IMG/VR virus record: IMGVR_UViG_3300035522_000179
Span: 160,001-224,000 of that record
From: a virus
Taxonomy: Duplodnaviria; Caudoviricetes
DNA length: 64,000 nucleotides
Direction: 5' to 3' (one strand)
Shown: positions 17,600-28,466 of the stretch, in pieces
Layout of the letters: each line of letters starts with the position of its first letter
How positions within the stretch are numbered: position 1 is the stretch's first letter
Translations under genes and position numbers: made by a program
Notes under the pieces: generated by a model
What the model saw: only the letters and a program-made list of their open reading frames with translations
What the model was told of the DNA's origin: nothing
Database searches by the model: none

Positions 17600-19933
17600 T
17601 TAATCAATTTCTACATTGATCAAATCCACTTCAGAAGTAATCTCTTCCATAGATTTAATCTCTTTTCTTACAGGTTCTACTTCAGTGCAATTCACGAAGA
17701 AATCTTTCTTATCGTCCCAAGCACCAATAAAGTACTTTCTAGATTCAATCTCTTCATCAATCATTTCCTGAAGCTCATCGTTGTTTAAGATTCCATACTC
17801 ATGCAAAATCTCTTCCGCAATTTCATTTCTTCTATCCAGAAGATATTTTTCGTACGGAGTACAGATACAACTTTTTCCGTTACTCAGTTCAAAGAACTCC
17901 AATTCATCCGAAGAGAGTTCCACAAGATCATCATCAGAATCTAAGAAGTTAATCTCAAATCCCAAAGACTTTAAAATAATCTCAAAGAACTCTGCCACAC
18001 GAGAATCATAAGACTTGTCAACATCAATCACCGGCTTATTACTAAGCAGTGCTTTTCCGAGATCTCTACGACCTTTTACAGAAGTTCGATACAGTGCATG
18101 AATTAATACCACCTCTTCAGGCATACATCCGATTGAAAAATTCAATGTTTCGAATTCTCCGAAGCGTATAGCCGTTGAAGAGAATAGGTCTTTATGAGAT
18201 TTCGACTTGTAACTTCTTTCTGGTATTCCTTTTGCATTTACAGCTCCAATTCCTCTTACACTGAATCCTTTCTTTGCTGTTTGTTTCAGCATCAAGATGT
18301 ACATATTTGCGATATAAGAAGGTTCGATACATTGTATCTCTCTACCAAACTTTTGTATGTACATTGTATCCGGTGCTAGTAGATCTTTGTATTTCTCCCG
18401 GATAGCATCAAGTCTGTAGAAGATTGGTGATTCTTCTGTCATAGACGGTTGATGGAAATGAATTTTATGATTCATACAATAATCCATCCACGCTTGTTTC
18501 TGCTTAGTAGATAAATTCTTATACTTATCCTTTAAATACTTCGCTTCTTTGGAGTTGAACATGGTAAGAACATCGAAATAGATTTTCTCACGTTCTTTCA
18601 ATGTAGTAAGTTGTGTTCTCATATATTCACTGATTCGTTTTCCAATGAAGTTTGTAGCAAGTTCAAAGATTGGTGCGGCAGTGGTTCTATTGACAATTGC
18701 TAACAGATTCAAGATTAACTGTACATGAACTTTATTTCCATCTGCATTATAGTAATACGGCATATCCTCTTTCTTACGAATCTGAGATATAACAGATTTG
18801 TTTCCACTTCGTCCAGTAATCTTTTGACCAACTGAAGGACCAACTTCCCTTTCCACTAGGATGTGAACCTGAACATTGGAGAAAGCACTGTCTTTTTCTT
18901 TCCATTTCTTTTTCAAATCCAACATCTCGTTTGCTCTCTTGTAAAGATAATCTATATCCGCTGAGTAATCCTCTCCGGAAGCAAAGATCTCTTCACAAGT
19001 TTCTACAATCTTGGTATAGTATTCATTCTGAGCTACCCAGTAAGTATAAATCTGGTGATAGAAAGAATTATCCTGCAAGTCCTCATTATTGCAATAGATA
19101 TCAATATCCATCACTTTTCCTTTCAGATAATACTTTGTATCCGTATCAAGTACTTTAGAAAGCATATCTGCCTTAAAATCATGGAGGACTTGGTTGTTAA
19201 TCTTTCTTCTGGAAGCTACCAAGATACCATTGGATTCCTCTCCGATGTCTGGGAAGGTTTTGTAATTTACTTCATCTCCATACAGATTTAACGGATAATC
19301 ATTGTCGTTAAAGGTTGCAATGTTTTCTTCCGATTCGGTACAAACCAGTTTATCCATCAAATCATCAGAGATGACTGCAGCGTCCTCAGATGTATAGGGA
19401 TCCAAAGAATACATGGTCACCACATCTCTTCCATAAGAGTAGTTCATACTCTGGTCATAAGAAACGGATTTGTATGCAACGGTTCCCTGATCGATTTCTT
19501 GCCCCTCAACAAAGGAGTCAATCATCTCGTTGTTATTCCGATATCCGTATACTTCGGATAAATTCTCTAGGGGTTTTCTTTCCAATACCTCATACCGATT
19601 CTTCTTTTTGTTAAAGAGAAACAGTTTGTAAACTGTAGGATTTTCTACCAATCCCTCGAACTTTACAATCTTTCGAAAGATAATAGATTCGTCCAATACT
19701 TTGTAGGAGGTATTGTGCTTTCCTACCACATTTTCTCCACCAGAAAAGAACTGGGGGAAATCAGAATAAAGCTGCGTCTTAAACTGATTTAAGTGAGAAG
19801 CAAACATGACACTTCTCATACTATTTACGTATTGCGGGAATGTCAACATTCCTTTTCCTTCAATGGAAGGATCGCCGCGATATTTCTCGTCGGCTGCTAA
19901 TAATTCCTCTCGTAAATTATACTTCTCTTTCAT
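17600..19933 (-). CDS. phage multisubunit RNA polymerase, beta-like C-terminal subunit (probably non-virion RNAP)
   Basis: SEDAAVIS, GQKITGRSGNKSVIS, LNLLAIVNRTT, LKQ and IRFGEFET correspond to conserved beta regions; early-type promoter variant ACATATTAT at about 19972. Confidence 0.9.
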   Translation of the reverse strand: MKEKYNLREELLAADEKYRGDPSIEGKGMLTFPQYVNSMRSVMFASHLNQFKTQLYSDFPQFFSGGENVVGKHNTSYKVLDESIIFRKIVKFEGLVENPTVYKLFLFNKKKNRYEVLERKPLENLSEVYGYRNNNEMIDSFVEGQEIDQGTVAYKSVSYDQSMNYSYGRDVVTMYSLDPYTSEDAAVISDDLMDKLVCTESEENIATFNDNDYPLNLYGDEVNYKTFPDIGEESNGILVASRRKINNQVLHDFKADMLSKVLDTDTKYYLKGKVMDIDIYCNNEDLQDNSFYHQIYTYWVAQNEYYTKIVETCEEIFASGEDYSADIDYLYKRANEMLDLKKKWKEKDSAFSNVQVHILVEREVGPSVGQKITGRSGNKSVISQIRKKEDMPYYYNADGNKVHVQLILNLLAIVNRTTAAPIFELATNFIGKRISEYMRTQLTTLKEREKIYFDVLTMFNSKEAKYLKDKYKNLSTKQKQAWMDYCMNHKIHFHQPSMTEESPIFYRLDAIREKYKDLLAPDTMYIQKFGREIQCIEPSYIANMYILMLKQTAKKGFSVRGIGAVNAKGIPERSYKSKSHKDLFSSTAIRFGEFETLNFSIGCMPEEVVLIHALYRTSVKGRRDLGKALLSNKPVIDVDKSYDSRVAEFFEIILKSLGFEINFLDSDDDLVELSSDELEFFELSNGKSCICTPYEKYLLDRRNEIAEEILHEYGILNNDELQEMIDEEIESRKYFIGAWDDKKDFFVNCTEVEPVRKEIKSMEEITSEVDLINVEID

Positions 19934-20031
19934 AATAGTGTAATTACCCCTTTCTAAGTCGTTCTCAATTTATAATATGTGATTATAAATATAAAACGAA
20001 GATTATTTGATTGTGAAAGAGAAAATAAAAA

Positions 20032-20068
20032 AGAAAAGGTGTATACGCAAAACGTATACACCTTTTCT
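20032..20068 (-). terminator. intrinsic terminator
   Basis: 16-bp stem with a T-tract on the minus strand. Confidence 0.8.
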
Positions 20069-21307
20069 CTAAACGATATCCCAATCAACAATATCATTTT
20101 CCCTGCCTCTTCGAAGTAATTCTTCTTTTACTCGAAGATGTCTGGCTTTTAAAGATTTTTCATCTTTTAACTCAAATACTTTGGAAAGAATCACGGGATC
20201 GGTTTCCCGTGCAAATACCTTCATAAAGTTGATCAATTGTTGAGTTGCAACAACGGATACTCTTACTCCTTTCTTCGGAAAGGGACCAAACTCGGATCGA
20301 ATTTGTTTCACTTCTTCATCGACTTCATTCTTCTTAGGAGCAATCTCTTCAGGAATTTCAATCTTGCTGATTGCTTCATCTTCCGATGAGTACACTGTTT
20401 CGTTTATCTCTCCTTCTGAAATTGGATAAGGTTTTGTGTATTGTGTTGGTCTCATATGAAGCAGTGCTTCTTCTTCCGGAGTAAATTTCAGATCCGAAAG
20501 AATCGGATCTTTCGTAAGCAGATTTTTTGTCTCCTGGTAGGTTCCAGGTTTATCCTTTCTCCGTTTCACATGTCTGTTTTTCTTTTTCTTGGAAACTGGA
20601 GATTGAGAAGTAGTTACCCTCTCCTTATTTGATTCATTCTTTACCGGCATTGGTTCTTGAGGTTTCGGAAGCTTCATAATTTCTCTGTTATGAAGATTTC
20701 TTTTACAAGCTGCAGAAGCAGAGGATAATGCGCCATCCACAAAACAAATGGTTTGGACTTGTGTTTTCTCTCCTTCCGCAAAAACGTCTCTTCCATCTGC
20801 ATAAAGAATCCGGTCGGTTCCTCTCGCATACGGGAAACGAATATAACTAATCTCATGATTCTTCATGAATTTGAGTTTGTATTCTTTTATGTCCTCCTTG
20901 ACTTTTTCATATTCTTCTTCATCGGATGCAATGATTGCTCTACTGGATCGAACGAACAAATCAAATACTTCATCCGGGCATACGGAATAAATTGAGGTAT
21001 GAAATTCGATTGCATCACTTAACGTAATCGTTTTTATGTTTCCAGGGTTAATGAAAGATATCCAACTAGAAGACATATCCGTATTGGAAATCTGAAAGAT
21101 TGGAATATCCATTTCATTACTCGGTGAAGTATAAAGCGGACAGTACGTAATCTTCGTTCCAAATTTTCCATAATCTAGCATATTGGAATCACTTACAATT
21201 AGGCACGGTCTTTCTTTATTCTCTGGTTTGATCCCTCTCACAATCGTTCTTTTGGCAAGACCATGTGCCATACCAAAATATTGGTTTAATTGATATTCAT
21301 GTGACAT
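20069..21307 (-). CDS. hypothetical with a PemK/MazF-like N-terminal motif
   Basis: KERPCLIVSD...ITYCPLYTS...SFINPGNIKTI resembles the PemK fold signature; basic, low-complexity middle region. Confidence 0.45.
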   Translation of the reverse strand: MSHEYQLNQYFGMAHGLAKRTIVRGIKPENKERPCLIVSDSNMLDYGKFGTKITYCPLYTSPSNEMDIPIFQISNTDMSSSWISFINPGNIKTITLSDAIEFHTSIYSVCPDEVFDLFVRSSRAIIASDEEEYEKVKEDIKEYKLKFMKNHEISYIRFPYARGTDRILYADGRDVFAEGEKTQVQTICFVDGALSSASAACKRNLHNREIMKLPKPQEPMPVKNESNKERVTTSQSPVSKKKKNRHVKRRKDKPGTYQETKNLLTKDPILSDLKFTPEEEALLHMRPTQYTKPYPISEGEINETVYSSEDEAISKIEIPEEIAPKKNEVDEEVKQIRSEFGPFPKKGVRVSVVATQQLINFMKVFARETDPVILSKVFELKDEKSLKARHLRVKEELLRRGRENDIVDWDIV

Positions 21308-21374
21308 AAGTATTCTCCTTTCTTTTTATATAGAAAAGGGAAGTATGGAATCTACTTCCATACCCCCACTTTTT

Positions 21375-22658
21375 TTAATAATCCATTTCTTCAGGAACCA
21401 CTTCCAACTCTTCCTGTTCGATACTAGAGAGTTTGGATTCCAATTCCGGACGAATATTATCAAAGAGAATCTTATAAAGGTTCTTTCTTACCCGGAACTC
21501 ATGATGAAGATTCTTCAAAGAGAATTTATCATCTTTATCGGAGTTAAAATAAAAGCAGTTCTTATTTCCACCGGTAAGTCCAAGATCTTTTGCAAAGTTG
21601 ATAGAAGAACGGAGGGTATCAATTCCTCTTACCTTATCATACACCAGATTTACAAATCGACCTGCCTGGTTTCCTCTGGATTTAATTACCAAAACTCTTA
21701 CACCAAATCCATCGAATCCATCGTCTTCTTCGTTGTATTTCTCTGATCCAACAGCGATAAACTTTAACAGAATATGACATAAGAACTGAGGAGATTTTCC
21801 CCCAGGCAATGCCTCATCCGGAGACAGATAAAAAATCTCAGAGGGTTCATGCGTAAATCCAAGTTGGGGTTTTGCTTTAATCTGGTTGATGCAAAGCAAA
21901 ATAATATTTGCTCTTCTTAAATAAGGAAGAATCTCATTAAAGAATCTTCCAATCTCTCCAGTGATTCTCATTCGTTCTGTCTGGCTACCAACCTCTTCCA
22001 ATCGAGCGACATCCTTTTTGTCATTCTCATTAAATCCAACAGACATGGATGCAATGGAATCAATGATGCATACCGTGGGTTCGAATACTTCAATTTCTTC
22101 TCCAAACTCATTTAACTTACCAGTTTTATAACGATATTTGTCGGGGTTTCTCGTCTTCTCAAAGTAAATATCCATGATAGACTTCTTAATGTCGTTAATC
22201 GTGGTAAGCTCTTGTCTTAAGATATATTTACCAGCTTTCATCTGAGTCATGGTAAATTTCGTTAAGTTCTGAATACGAGAATAGTTCATTGCCTGCTCCA
22301 TATCAAAGTGCACAATGATTCCATTCTCAAATGGTCTTACAATGTTTGCAGCAATCTGTACTGCAGTGGTTGTCTTTGAGGTACTAGGTTTTCCAATAAA
22401 GGTTACCATGCATCCTCCAGTGATTCCAATCGACGGATAGGAATCGATGACTTCGTCATCATCATTATAGACATTCACCCGATATCCCAAGTAATAATCT
22501 AACTGGGGAATACCTGTCTTGTAGGTGACAACCGAAGCATTTCTCTCAAAATAATTCTCACCTTTCTTTCCGGTTCCCTGCAAATTGGAAACCAGATCAA
22601 TTGTCTTTTTTGGTTTATTTACCAAATCTTCTTCTTCGATTTCTTTCTTGGTTGCCAT
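21375..22658 (-). CDS. uvsX: RecA/UvsX-like recombinase
   Basis: TGIPQLDYYLG, Walker A GKPSTSKTT, FDMEQA, IIDSIA, INQI, PGGK. Confidence 0.88.
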   Translation of the reverse strand: MATKKEIEEEDLVNKPKKTIDLVSNLQGTGKKGENYFERNASVVTYKTGIPQLDYYLGYRVNVYNDDDEVIDSYPSIGITGGCMVTFIGKPSTSKTTTAVQIAANIVRPFENGIIVHFDMEQAMNYSRIQNLTKFTMTQMKAGKYILRQELTTINDIKKSIMDIYFEKTRNPDKYRYKTGKLNEFGEEIEVFEPTVCIIDSIASMSVGFNENDKKDVARLEEVGSQTERMRITGEIGRFFNEILPYLRRANIILLCINQIKAKPQLGFTHEPSEIFYLSPDEALPGGKSPQFLCHILLKFIAVGSEKYNEEDDGFDGFGVRVLVIKSRGNQAGRFVNLVYDKVRGIDTLRSSINFAKDLGLTGGNKNCFYFNSDKDDKFSLKNLHHEFRVRKNLYKILFDNIRPELESKLSSIEQEELEVVPEEMDY

Positions 22659-22758
22659 TTAAGCACTTCCTTTCTCTATGAATTAGAGAAATGTAAAAAA
22701 AGAAATAGAAAAAGAGGTAAGAAGTGATGAAATAAAATCATCACTTCTTACCGAAGGT

Positions 22759-23097
22759 TTAAAAGGTAAATCGATACCCGTCTTTTGCAGAAGAGCTCAT
22801 ACCTTTTTCCAAAATTCCGAGAAGTTCCAGTCTGTCAATGGCTTCTTTTACTTTCTTCTTTTTGATTAAGAGTTCTTCTGAAATCACAGACGGAGAAACC
22901 GTAAGAAAGTTCAAAGGGTCTTTGTTATTCCTTTGGGTTTTTCTCCTCTCATAATTATAACCATTCAAAATGGTTACTAAGTACATGAAGACTCTCAACT
23001 CTTCTTTTGATAAGTCTTCGTTTACGATGATATCTCGAAATCTTTGTTTCGGAATATGCGTCGTGTCACTGTATTGCGTGATCTCTATGGTTGCCAT
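22759..23097 (-). CDS. winged-HTH DNA-binding protein, early class
   Basis: LSKEELRVFMYL...ISEEL.I....V..AIDRLELLGILEK pattern; CTATATTAT promoter at about 23129. Confidence 0.7.
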   Translation of the reverse strand: MATIEITQYSDTTHIPKQRFRDIIVNEDLSKEELRVFMYLVTILNGYNYERRKTQRNNKDPLNFLTVSPSVISEELLIKKKKVKEAIDRLELLGILEKGMSSSAKDGYRFTF

Positions 23098-23156
23098 CGC
23101 AATTCTCCTTTCGTGTTTATCTATGAAAATAATATAGCTTTCAAATAGAATCTCGT

Positions 23157-24344
23157 TTATAAAACCAACGTGATTTTATCGGATGCTCTGGTAACCATGG
23201 TATAAAGACTTTTCTTTTGGAAATCTTTATCTCCATAGAGTTCTGCAAGTGCTGTTACATTCTCCCACTGAGAACCCTGTGCGGAATACACGGTGATGGC
23301 ATTTGCAAACTCGAAGATATCCAACCGGTCAAATGGATTTCCAAGTTGCGCTTCTGGGTGTTTATAACTCATCAGTGCTTTATAGTCAATTAAAAGATTT
23401 CGGAAAGTCTTTGTAGTAAAGTCTGGTTGGAAATCAATCTTTATGGATTTTCCATTGTAAGATTCTCGATCCACATAAGTAACATAACCAACAGTTCCAT
23501 TGGTTAAAAAGAGATTATCTCCTACACTCTTCTTCCAGTTATTTCTTCTACAGATGATCTTCTCTCCCACATAAGGAAATTCCTGTCTTGCATAAGCATA
23601 GTATTCTTCTCTAAAAATCTTATTAATTTCATGTCTGAGTGCATTAGTTCCACTTAAAATAATATCACTGCTCTTTAAAGTGTACTCATTCAAATCTTTC
23701 TTACGAATGATTGCACTCTTTCCATAAATTCCAAACTTCAAATCATATCCATCTAAGATACGATGAGCAATATAGATAATCGGGTCGTCTTCTGCCTGTC
23801 TCATCAGTTTTCTTAACGTGACATTTGGATTCACCAAGAATACGGATTTTCCAAAGACAGGAGGTAACTGATTGGTATCCCCTAATGCAAAGATGGGAAT
23901 CCCAAAAGATTCAATCACGCTTTTCATTTCCTGATTTACCATCGTTGCCTCATCAATACAAATTGCTTTGTAACTCTTATCCAGATATTCTTTCGGTTTG
24001 AATACCATCTTCTTTTTGATTTTTCCATTTGGTAAAATAATCAAACTTCCATTTTCATCCCTATCTGGTTCTTTACAAAACTCATAGAATGCTGAGTGAC
24101 AGGTTCTTGCAGGCAATCCGTTTCTGGATAACTGCGTTGCTGCTTTTCCTGTATATGCCACAAACAAAACATCCTTTAAAGGATTCAAACCAATCTTTTG
24201 TAAGATGTATTTGATGGAAGTAGTTTTTCCGGTTCCAGCTGCTCCTGAGATTTCAAATATCTGATCAGAAGAAGCAGACTTCCACCATTTCTCAGCTTCA
24301 TAAGAAGCAAATATTTGATCGGAGTTTAATTCAATGGCTCCCAT
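23157..24344 (-). CDS. dda: Dda/RecD-like SF1B helicase
   Basis: GAAGTGKTT, AYTGKAA, IDEATMV, GDTNQLPPV, MRQ, AITVYSAQGSQW, YTMVTRA. Confidence 0.92.
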   Translation of the reverse strand: MGAIELNSDQIFASYEAEKWWKSASSDQIFEISGAAGTGKTTSIKYILQKIGLNPLKDVLFVAYTGKAATQLSRNGLPARTCHSAFYEFCKEPDRDENGSLIILPNGKIKKKMVFKPKEYLDKSYKAICIDEATMVNQEMKSVIESFGIPIFALGDTNQLPPVFGKSVFLVNPNVTLRKLMRQAEDDPIIYIAHRILDGYDLKFGIYGKSAIIRKKDLNEYTLKSSDIILSGTNALRHEINKIFREEYYAYARQEFPYVGEKIICRRNNWKKSVGDNLFLTNGTVGYVTYVDRESYNGKSIKIDFQPDFTTKTFRNLLIDYKALMSYKHPEAQLGNPFDRLDIFEFANAITVYSAQGSQWENVTALAELYGDKDFQKKSLYTMVTRASDKITLVL

Positions 24345-24362
24345 GTCTGGTCTTCCTTTCTT

Positions 24363-24770
24363 TTATACATCAGTTATTTCTATAGATCCTGCTAAGGAAC
24401 TAATTCTTCTGATTGCTTCCTCAGGTGTATGACCATCCCATTTCGGGGCTCTCTCCAATTCCTTTACATGGAACATATCCCAGTAAGGTTCAATATCATA
24501 ATGATACGTTGCTGGACCCTCTGGTGTATCAATCCCAACGATAAACATTCCGTCATACATATCCCCGGTATCATGCCGCAAGGATTTCCAAGCCGAATCT
24601 TTAAATAAACTGCATATCACAGAAAATAATACCGCTCTATGATGATACAACTCATCAAAGGTATGATACCCATCCGATACCTTTCCAGTTTTTGTAAGGA
24701 GCTTATTGATTTCAATTATTCCATTTTCATTTTTACAAATTCTTTCTACTTCATTTTCTACAAAACTCAT
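24363..24770 (-). CDS. conserved phage protein (SDGYHTFDELY...WDGH type)
   Basis: SDGYHTFDELYHHR, GMFIVGI.TP.G..TYHY, WDGHT. Confidence 0.7.
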   Translation of the reverse strand: MSFVENEVERICKNENGIIEINKLLTKTGKVSDGYHTFDELYHHRAVLFSVICSLFKDSAWKSLRHDTGDMYDGMFIVGIDTPEGPATYHYDIEPYWDMFHVKELERAPKWDGHTPEEAIRRISSLAGSIEITDV

Positions 24771-24892
24771 TTTCATTTCTCCTTTCATGGATTTTTGTTA
24801 GTACAACGTTAAAAAACAAATAGATTGCTACTAGAAATTTCAGGAATAAAATTGACATTCTTATAAGTCATATAGAAAGGGGAACTAAAAAG

Positions 24893-25924
24893 ATGGCTAA
24901 GAAAGATTGTACGCTTTTTGGATTTATCGGTCAGGTCTGTAAAGATCTGTCAGATAACATGAAAGAAGATGGTGGAACGATTCCTACAACAGAAGATGTA
25001 AAATCCTTGGTAAGTGAAATTGTTACCGAGACTTATATACATTCTTTGTCTGCTAAAGTAGATGCTCCTACGATCGAGACGATTGATGGTGCTACCTATG
25101 TATTTGCAAATGGTACACCGGTTACGATTGAAGCAAGAGAAGATGGTGAAGACGGTGCAATCATTAAGTGGAATGGTGGAGAGGAAGTTGTAACTCCCAA
25201 CACCAATGTATTTGGTGGTAGACACGATGATGATACCTACACCAATTCAAATATTACTGTCAATGGTGGTTATGTGAATAACGTTGTTGGTGGTGGACTT
25301 CATAAGTCTCACACGGTTTCTGCAACGATTCATATGAATGGTGGTAAAGTCAAAGGAATCAATGGTGGTGGTTGTTCTTCTCTTACAAAGAAGTGTGGAT
25401 GTGAGAATGCAACTACTTGGTATGCTGGAGATCCGAAGGAGAGTCCTTGTGTAACTGAAGAAGCAAATATCGTTCTTCTTGGTGGAACCTCTACTTCCCT
25501 TGTCTTTGGCGGTGGTGAAGGAATCTCCTATACGAAGAAAGCTTCCATTACCGTTGGTGGAACCTTCGAGGCTTACTATCTGACCGTTGGTGGAAGCAAT
25601 GGTGAGACAACCGTTGGTTCTGTTGTTGTCAATGGTGGTAAGATTAAAGTCCTTCAGGGAATTAACCGTGGTAACATGGAGCAGATCAACATCGTTGTTA
25701 ATGGTGGTAAGATTGAGTCTGCTTATGCTGGTGGCGAGGTTCCCTTCGTTGGAACTTCTGAGAAACCTAATGGTAATGATGCTAGTGGTAGCTTTACAAA
25801 ATCTACCATGGAGATCAATGGTGGAACCATTACGACTCTTTCTCTTGGTGGAAATAACTATCAGGCGATTGAAGAGGGAACTGAAGAGGCAAATGCCGTT
25901 ACGCTTGTCGATAATCGTAAGTAA
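24893..25924 (+). CDS. Gly-rich beta-helix protein, probable virion surface/adhesin
   Basis: Repeats of I.VNGG.V..V.GGG; GACA-N6-TA promoter; own terminator at 25927-25963. Confidence 0.6.
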   Translation: MAKKDCTLFGFIGQVCKDLSDNMKEDGGTIPTTEDVKSLVSEIVTETYIHSLSAKVDAPTIETIDGATYVFANGTPVTIEAREDGEDGAIIKWNGGEEVVTPNTNVFGGRHDDDTYTNSNITVNGGYVNNVVGGGLHKSHTVSATIHMNGGKVKGINGGGCSSLTKKCGCENATTWYAGDPKESPCVTEEANIVLLGGTSTSLVFGGGEGISYTKKASITVGGTFEAYYLTVGGSNGETTVGSVVVNGGKIKVLQGINRGNMEQINIVVNGGKIESAYAGGEVPFVGTSEKPNGNDASGSFTKSTMEINGGTITTLSLGGNNYQAIEEGTEEANAVTLVDNRK

Positions 25925-25963
25925 TAAGAAAAGAGGTATACGAATTTCGTATACCTCTTTTCT

Positions 25964-27217
25964 TTACATTTTTCTTAGTTCAATTGCTCCAGCAATCTGG
26001 AAATCACCAGTAGCATTCTCATTCAAGAATTTATACGTAACTGAAGTTAAGAAATAAGTTCCATTGTATTTATTTCCAATGCTTCCATCTTCAAATACCA
26101 AAGTCATCTTTTTGTTTGGAGCAAGAGCAGAGATATCAAAGTCTGCTATGGTTCCACTCACGACGACGGAGGAAGAAGATGTCTGTGCAGTATAAGTAGA
26201 ACCTAACCACTCATTATCGGTTGTATTTTCAATCACTGCTTTATTTGAACTTCCATTGGTCACCGTATTACTTGATGAAGTTGTAGTGGTTCCATCGGTT
26301 GCGTTTACTACCACAGCATCTGTTCCTTTTAATACATCGGTGGATACGGATTTATTAGAAAACGTAACTTTATCGTATTGCCAAGCAATGTAATACTTAT
26401 CGTTGCTATCATTATCCACACTTCCTGCATTTGCAGTATTGTCCGATTCTGGAAGAGGGATTAAGAAAACCGTTTCTTGTTTTTCTCCACTTTCATATGC
26501 AGTACATCCACCTTTGTATTTCAGGATGTAACTTCTTAAAAAATCAAAAAAGATAATGGATCCAGTTTTGTAAAAACCATAATAAGCATCCAGATGTGCA
26601 AGGCATCTGCTTACTGTAAGCGGAGGAAGTAGCATAGTATCATAGGTCTTGTTATTCTCCAAAGGACTAATCAAACAGTTGTTAATTCCTCCTTTGGTCA
26701 GTAGATACCCAATTGCAGATGTGAGTGTGGTATTTACTAGGACTTCATTAATCTGGGTTTTCATTGTCGTTGCTACTTCTTCTCTATATAAATACAACTC
26801 TAATTCATTCTGTGGTTCCTTCAAATTGTAAGTACTATCGGTTTGCGTTTGATTTTTTAACAATAACTGACTGGAATCTCTTTGAATATTTAAATCGTCT
26901 TCAATGGTTGCAAAAGTTGCATTGATAAAATCTTTTCTAGGAGAGTTATAAGTTTTCTCCGGATTTTGAAAATACTTTTGAAGATTCAAATTAATCTTTA
27001 ATGTCGTTTTGTTTTGGGAAGCTGCATAATAAACTTCATTGTCCAATAAGAAAACGACTTTTAAAATCGAAAATGTATTAGTAAGAAAATCTGATTCGAT
27101 CTCAATGGAAGAAACGTTTCGCCCTTCCAACGAATAGGACTTTCCATTGATAATCATTGTGCAAGCATTTACTACGTATCTCCATTTCTGGATTGCACTT
27201 GGATTAAATAATGCCAT
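25964..27217 (-). CDS. probable baseplate hub / tail structural protein
   Basis: Beta-rich and Thr/Ser-rich; ends ...P.K.......KYNGTYFLTSV.YKF as in hub-type proteins; late-type promoter. Confidence 0.45.
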   Translation of the reverse strand: MALFNPSAIQKWRYVVNACTMIINGKSYSLEGRNVSSIEIESDFLTNTFSILKVVFLLDNEVYYAASQNKTTLKINLNLQKYFQNPEKTYNSPRKDFINATFATIEDDLNIQRDSSQLLLKNQTQTDSTYNLKEPQNELELYLYREEVATTMKTQINEVLVNTTLTSAIGYLLTKGGINNCLISPLENNKTYDTMLLPPLTVSRCLAHLDAYYGFYKTGSIIFFDFLRSYILKYKGGCTAYESGEKQETVFLIPLPESDNTANAGSVDNDSNDKYYIAWQYDKVTFSNKSVSTDVLKGTDAVVVNATDGTTTTSSSNTVTNGSSNKAVIENTTDNEWLGSTYTAQTSSSSVVVSGTIADFDISALAPNKKMTLVFEDGSIGNKYNGTYFLTSVTYKFLNENATGDFQIAGAIELRKM

Positions 27218-27271
27218 AGTATTCCGTCCTTTCTATAAAAAAATAACCTTAGGAAATTGTCTTTCCTAAGG

Positions 27272-28366
27272 TTATACAGTTAATTCTTCAAGCATCAGTC
27301 GATTTTCAAAATATGCGTGGTTATTATATTCCAAAAGTCCGTTGTTATTCGACCGATCAATCAGTTGCGCTTTGATATCATAGATCTGTTCTAGCGTCAA
27401 ACGAGACACCATTGATTCAATATCCAAACACAAATAATTTGATTCCACATCCGGTTGAAGGTCTTCTGGAAAGATGGTCTTAAGCATATCGATTCCATTG
27501 GTATTCATAGTAAGATCATTGTTTCTCATACCATCTACAATCATTCGAAGAAGTCTACCACTTCCAATGTTTTGAATTCCATCTACACTTCGGTACTGTT
27601 CTCCAAGGGTTGCAAATAATAAAGAGTAATATCCTTTGTTCGAATAGATATTAATCTCTTCACTATAATCCTCATTGCTCTTCCTGATTAAAGAGCGTAA
27701 ATGACCATCTACGGAACAACTGATGGTAGATGCCATAGGACTTCTCCTTATGTAATGGCATAAGAATCCACTGCACATGGAATACTCCGTGTCTACATAT
27801 TCTGAGGTAACCACCAGATTTTTTCTGGAACTATCCACTTGAGAGACAACAAACGGAACGACTGAACTATCAATATTCCGTGATGTAACGAAATAGACTC
27901 CACGAATATTTTCGGTAATCATTTTCACCCTAGGAATAATTTCATTTATTAGTTTCTCCCCCATCAAAGAATACTTTGGATTTTTCAAATACTTCACCAG
28001 ATAATACGAACGAAAATCTGGATTGAATTGTGATTCATTAAATACGGTGGAATTGACGTCTGTCATATACAAAATGACATTAGTATCAAGTCCATCTGCT
28101 CGAAAGAATTTTCGATAATGTGCGGCAAGGTTCACAAGATTCGCCGCAATCATCATAGAAAAGGTATCTCCCGCATTGTAAACCTTTTTATCTACATCCT
28201 TCAAACTCGATAGCAATTTAAGAACAGATTCTACATTGACAAATACGTTGACTTTATCTCCAGGTCGCAAAAAATGAGAATCTTCAATGGTTTGAGCATA
28301 TTGTGCATATCGAATTTTCATGATATTGAAACAAATTGAAAAGGAATCAAAGTCCTGTGGTTCCAT
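27272..28366 (-). CDS. 5'-3' exonuclease / T4 RNase H (FEN-like) homolog, acidic motifs divergent
   Basis: H3TH-like VDGIQNIGSGRL; N-terminal VFVNVES; NLAAHYRKFF. Confidence 0.55.
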   Translation of the reverse strand: MEPQDFDSFSICFNIMKIRYAQYAQTIEDSHFLRPGDKVNVFVNVESVLKLLSSLKDVDKKVYNAGDTFSMMIAANLVNLAAHYRKFFRADGLDTNVILYMTDVNSTVFNESQFNPDFRSYYLVKYLKNPKYSLMGEKLINEIIPRVKMITENIRGVYFVTSRNIDSSVVPFVVSQVDSSRKNLVVTSEYVDTEYSMCSGFLCHYIRRSPMASTISCSVDGHLRSLIRKSNEDYSEEINIYSNKGYYSLLFATLGEQYRSVDGIQNIGSGRLLRMIVDGMRNNDLTMNTNGIDMLKTIFPEDLQPDVESNYLCLDIESMVSRLTLEQIYDIKAQLIDRSNNNGLLEYNNHAYFENRLMLEELTV

Positions 28367-28466
28367 TTTATTCCTTTCCTTTCTTCATATTTTCTTAACA
28401 AAAAGTTCTTGTGTTGAAAAACGAGTATGGAGTAAACCAAAATGATTTACTCCATACCCTTTTATC

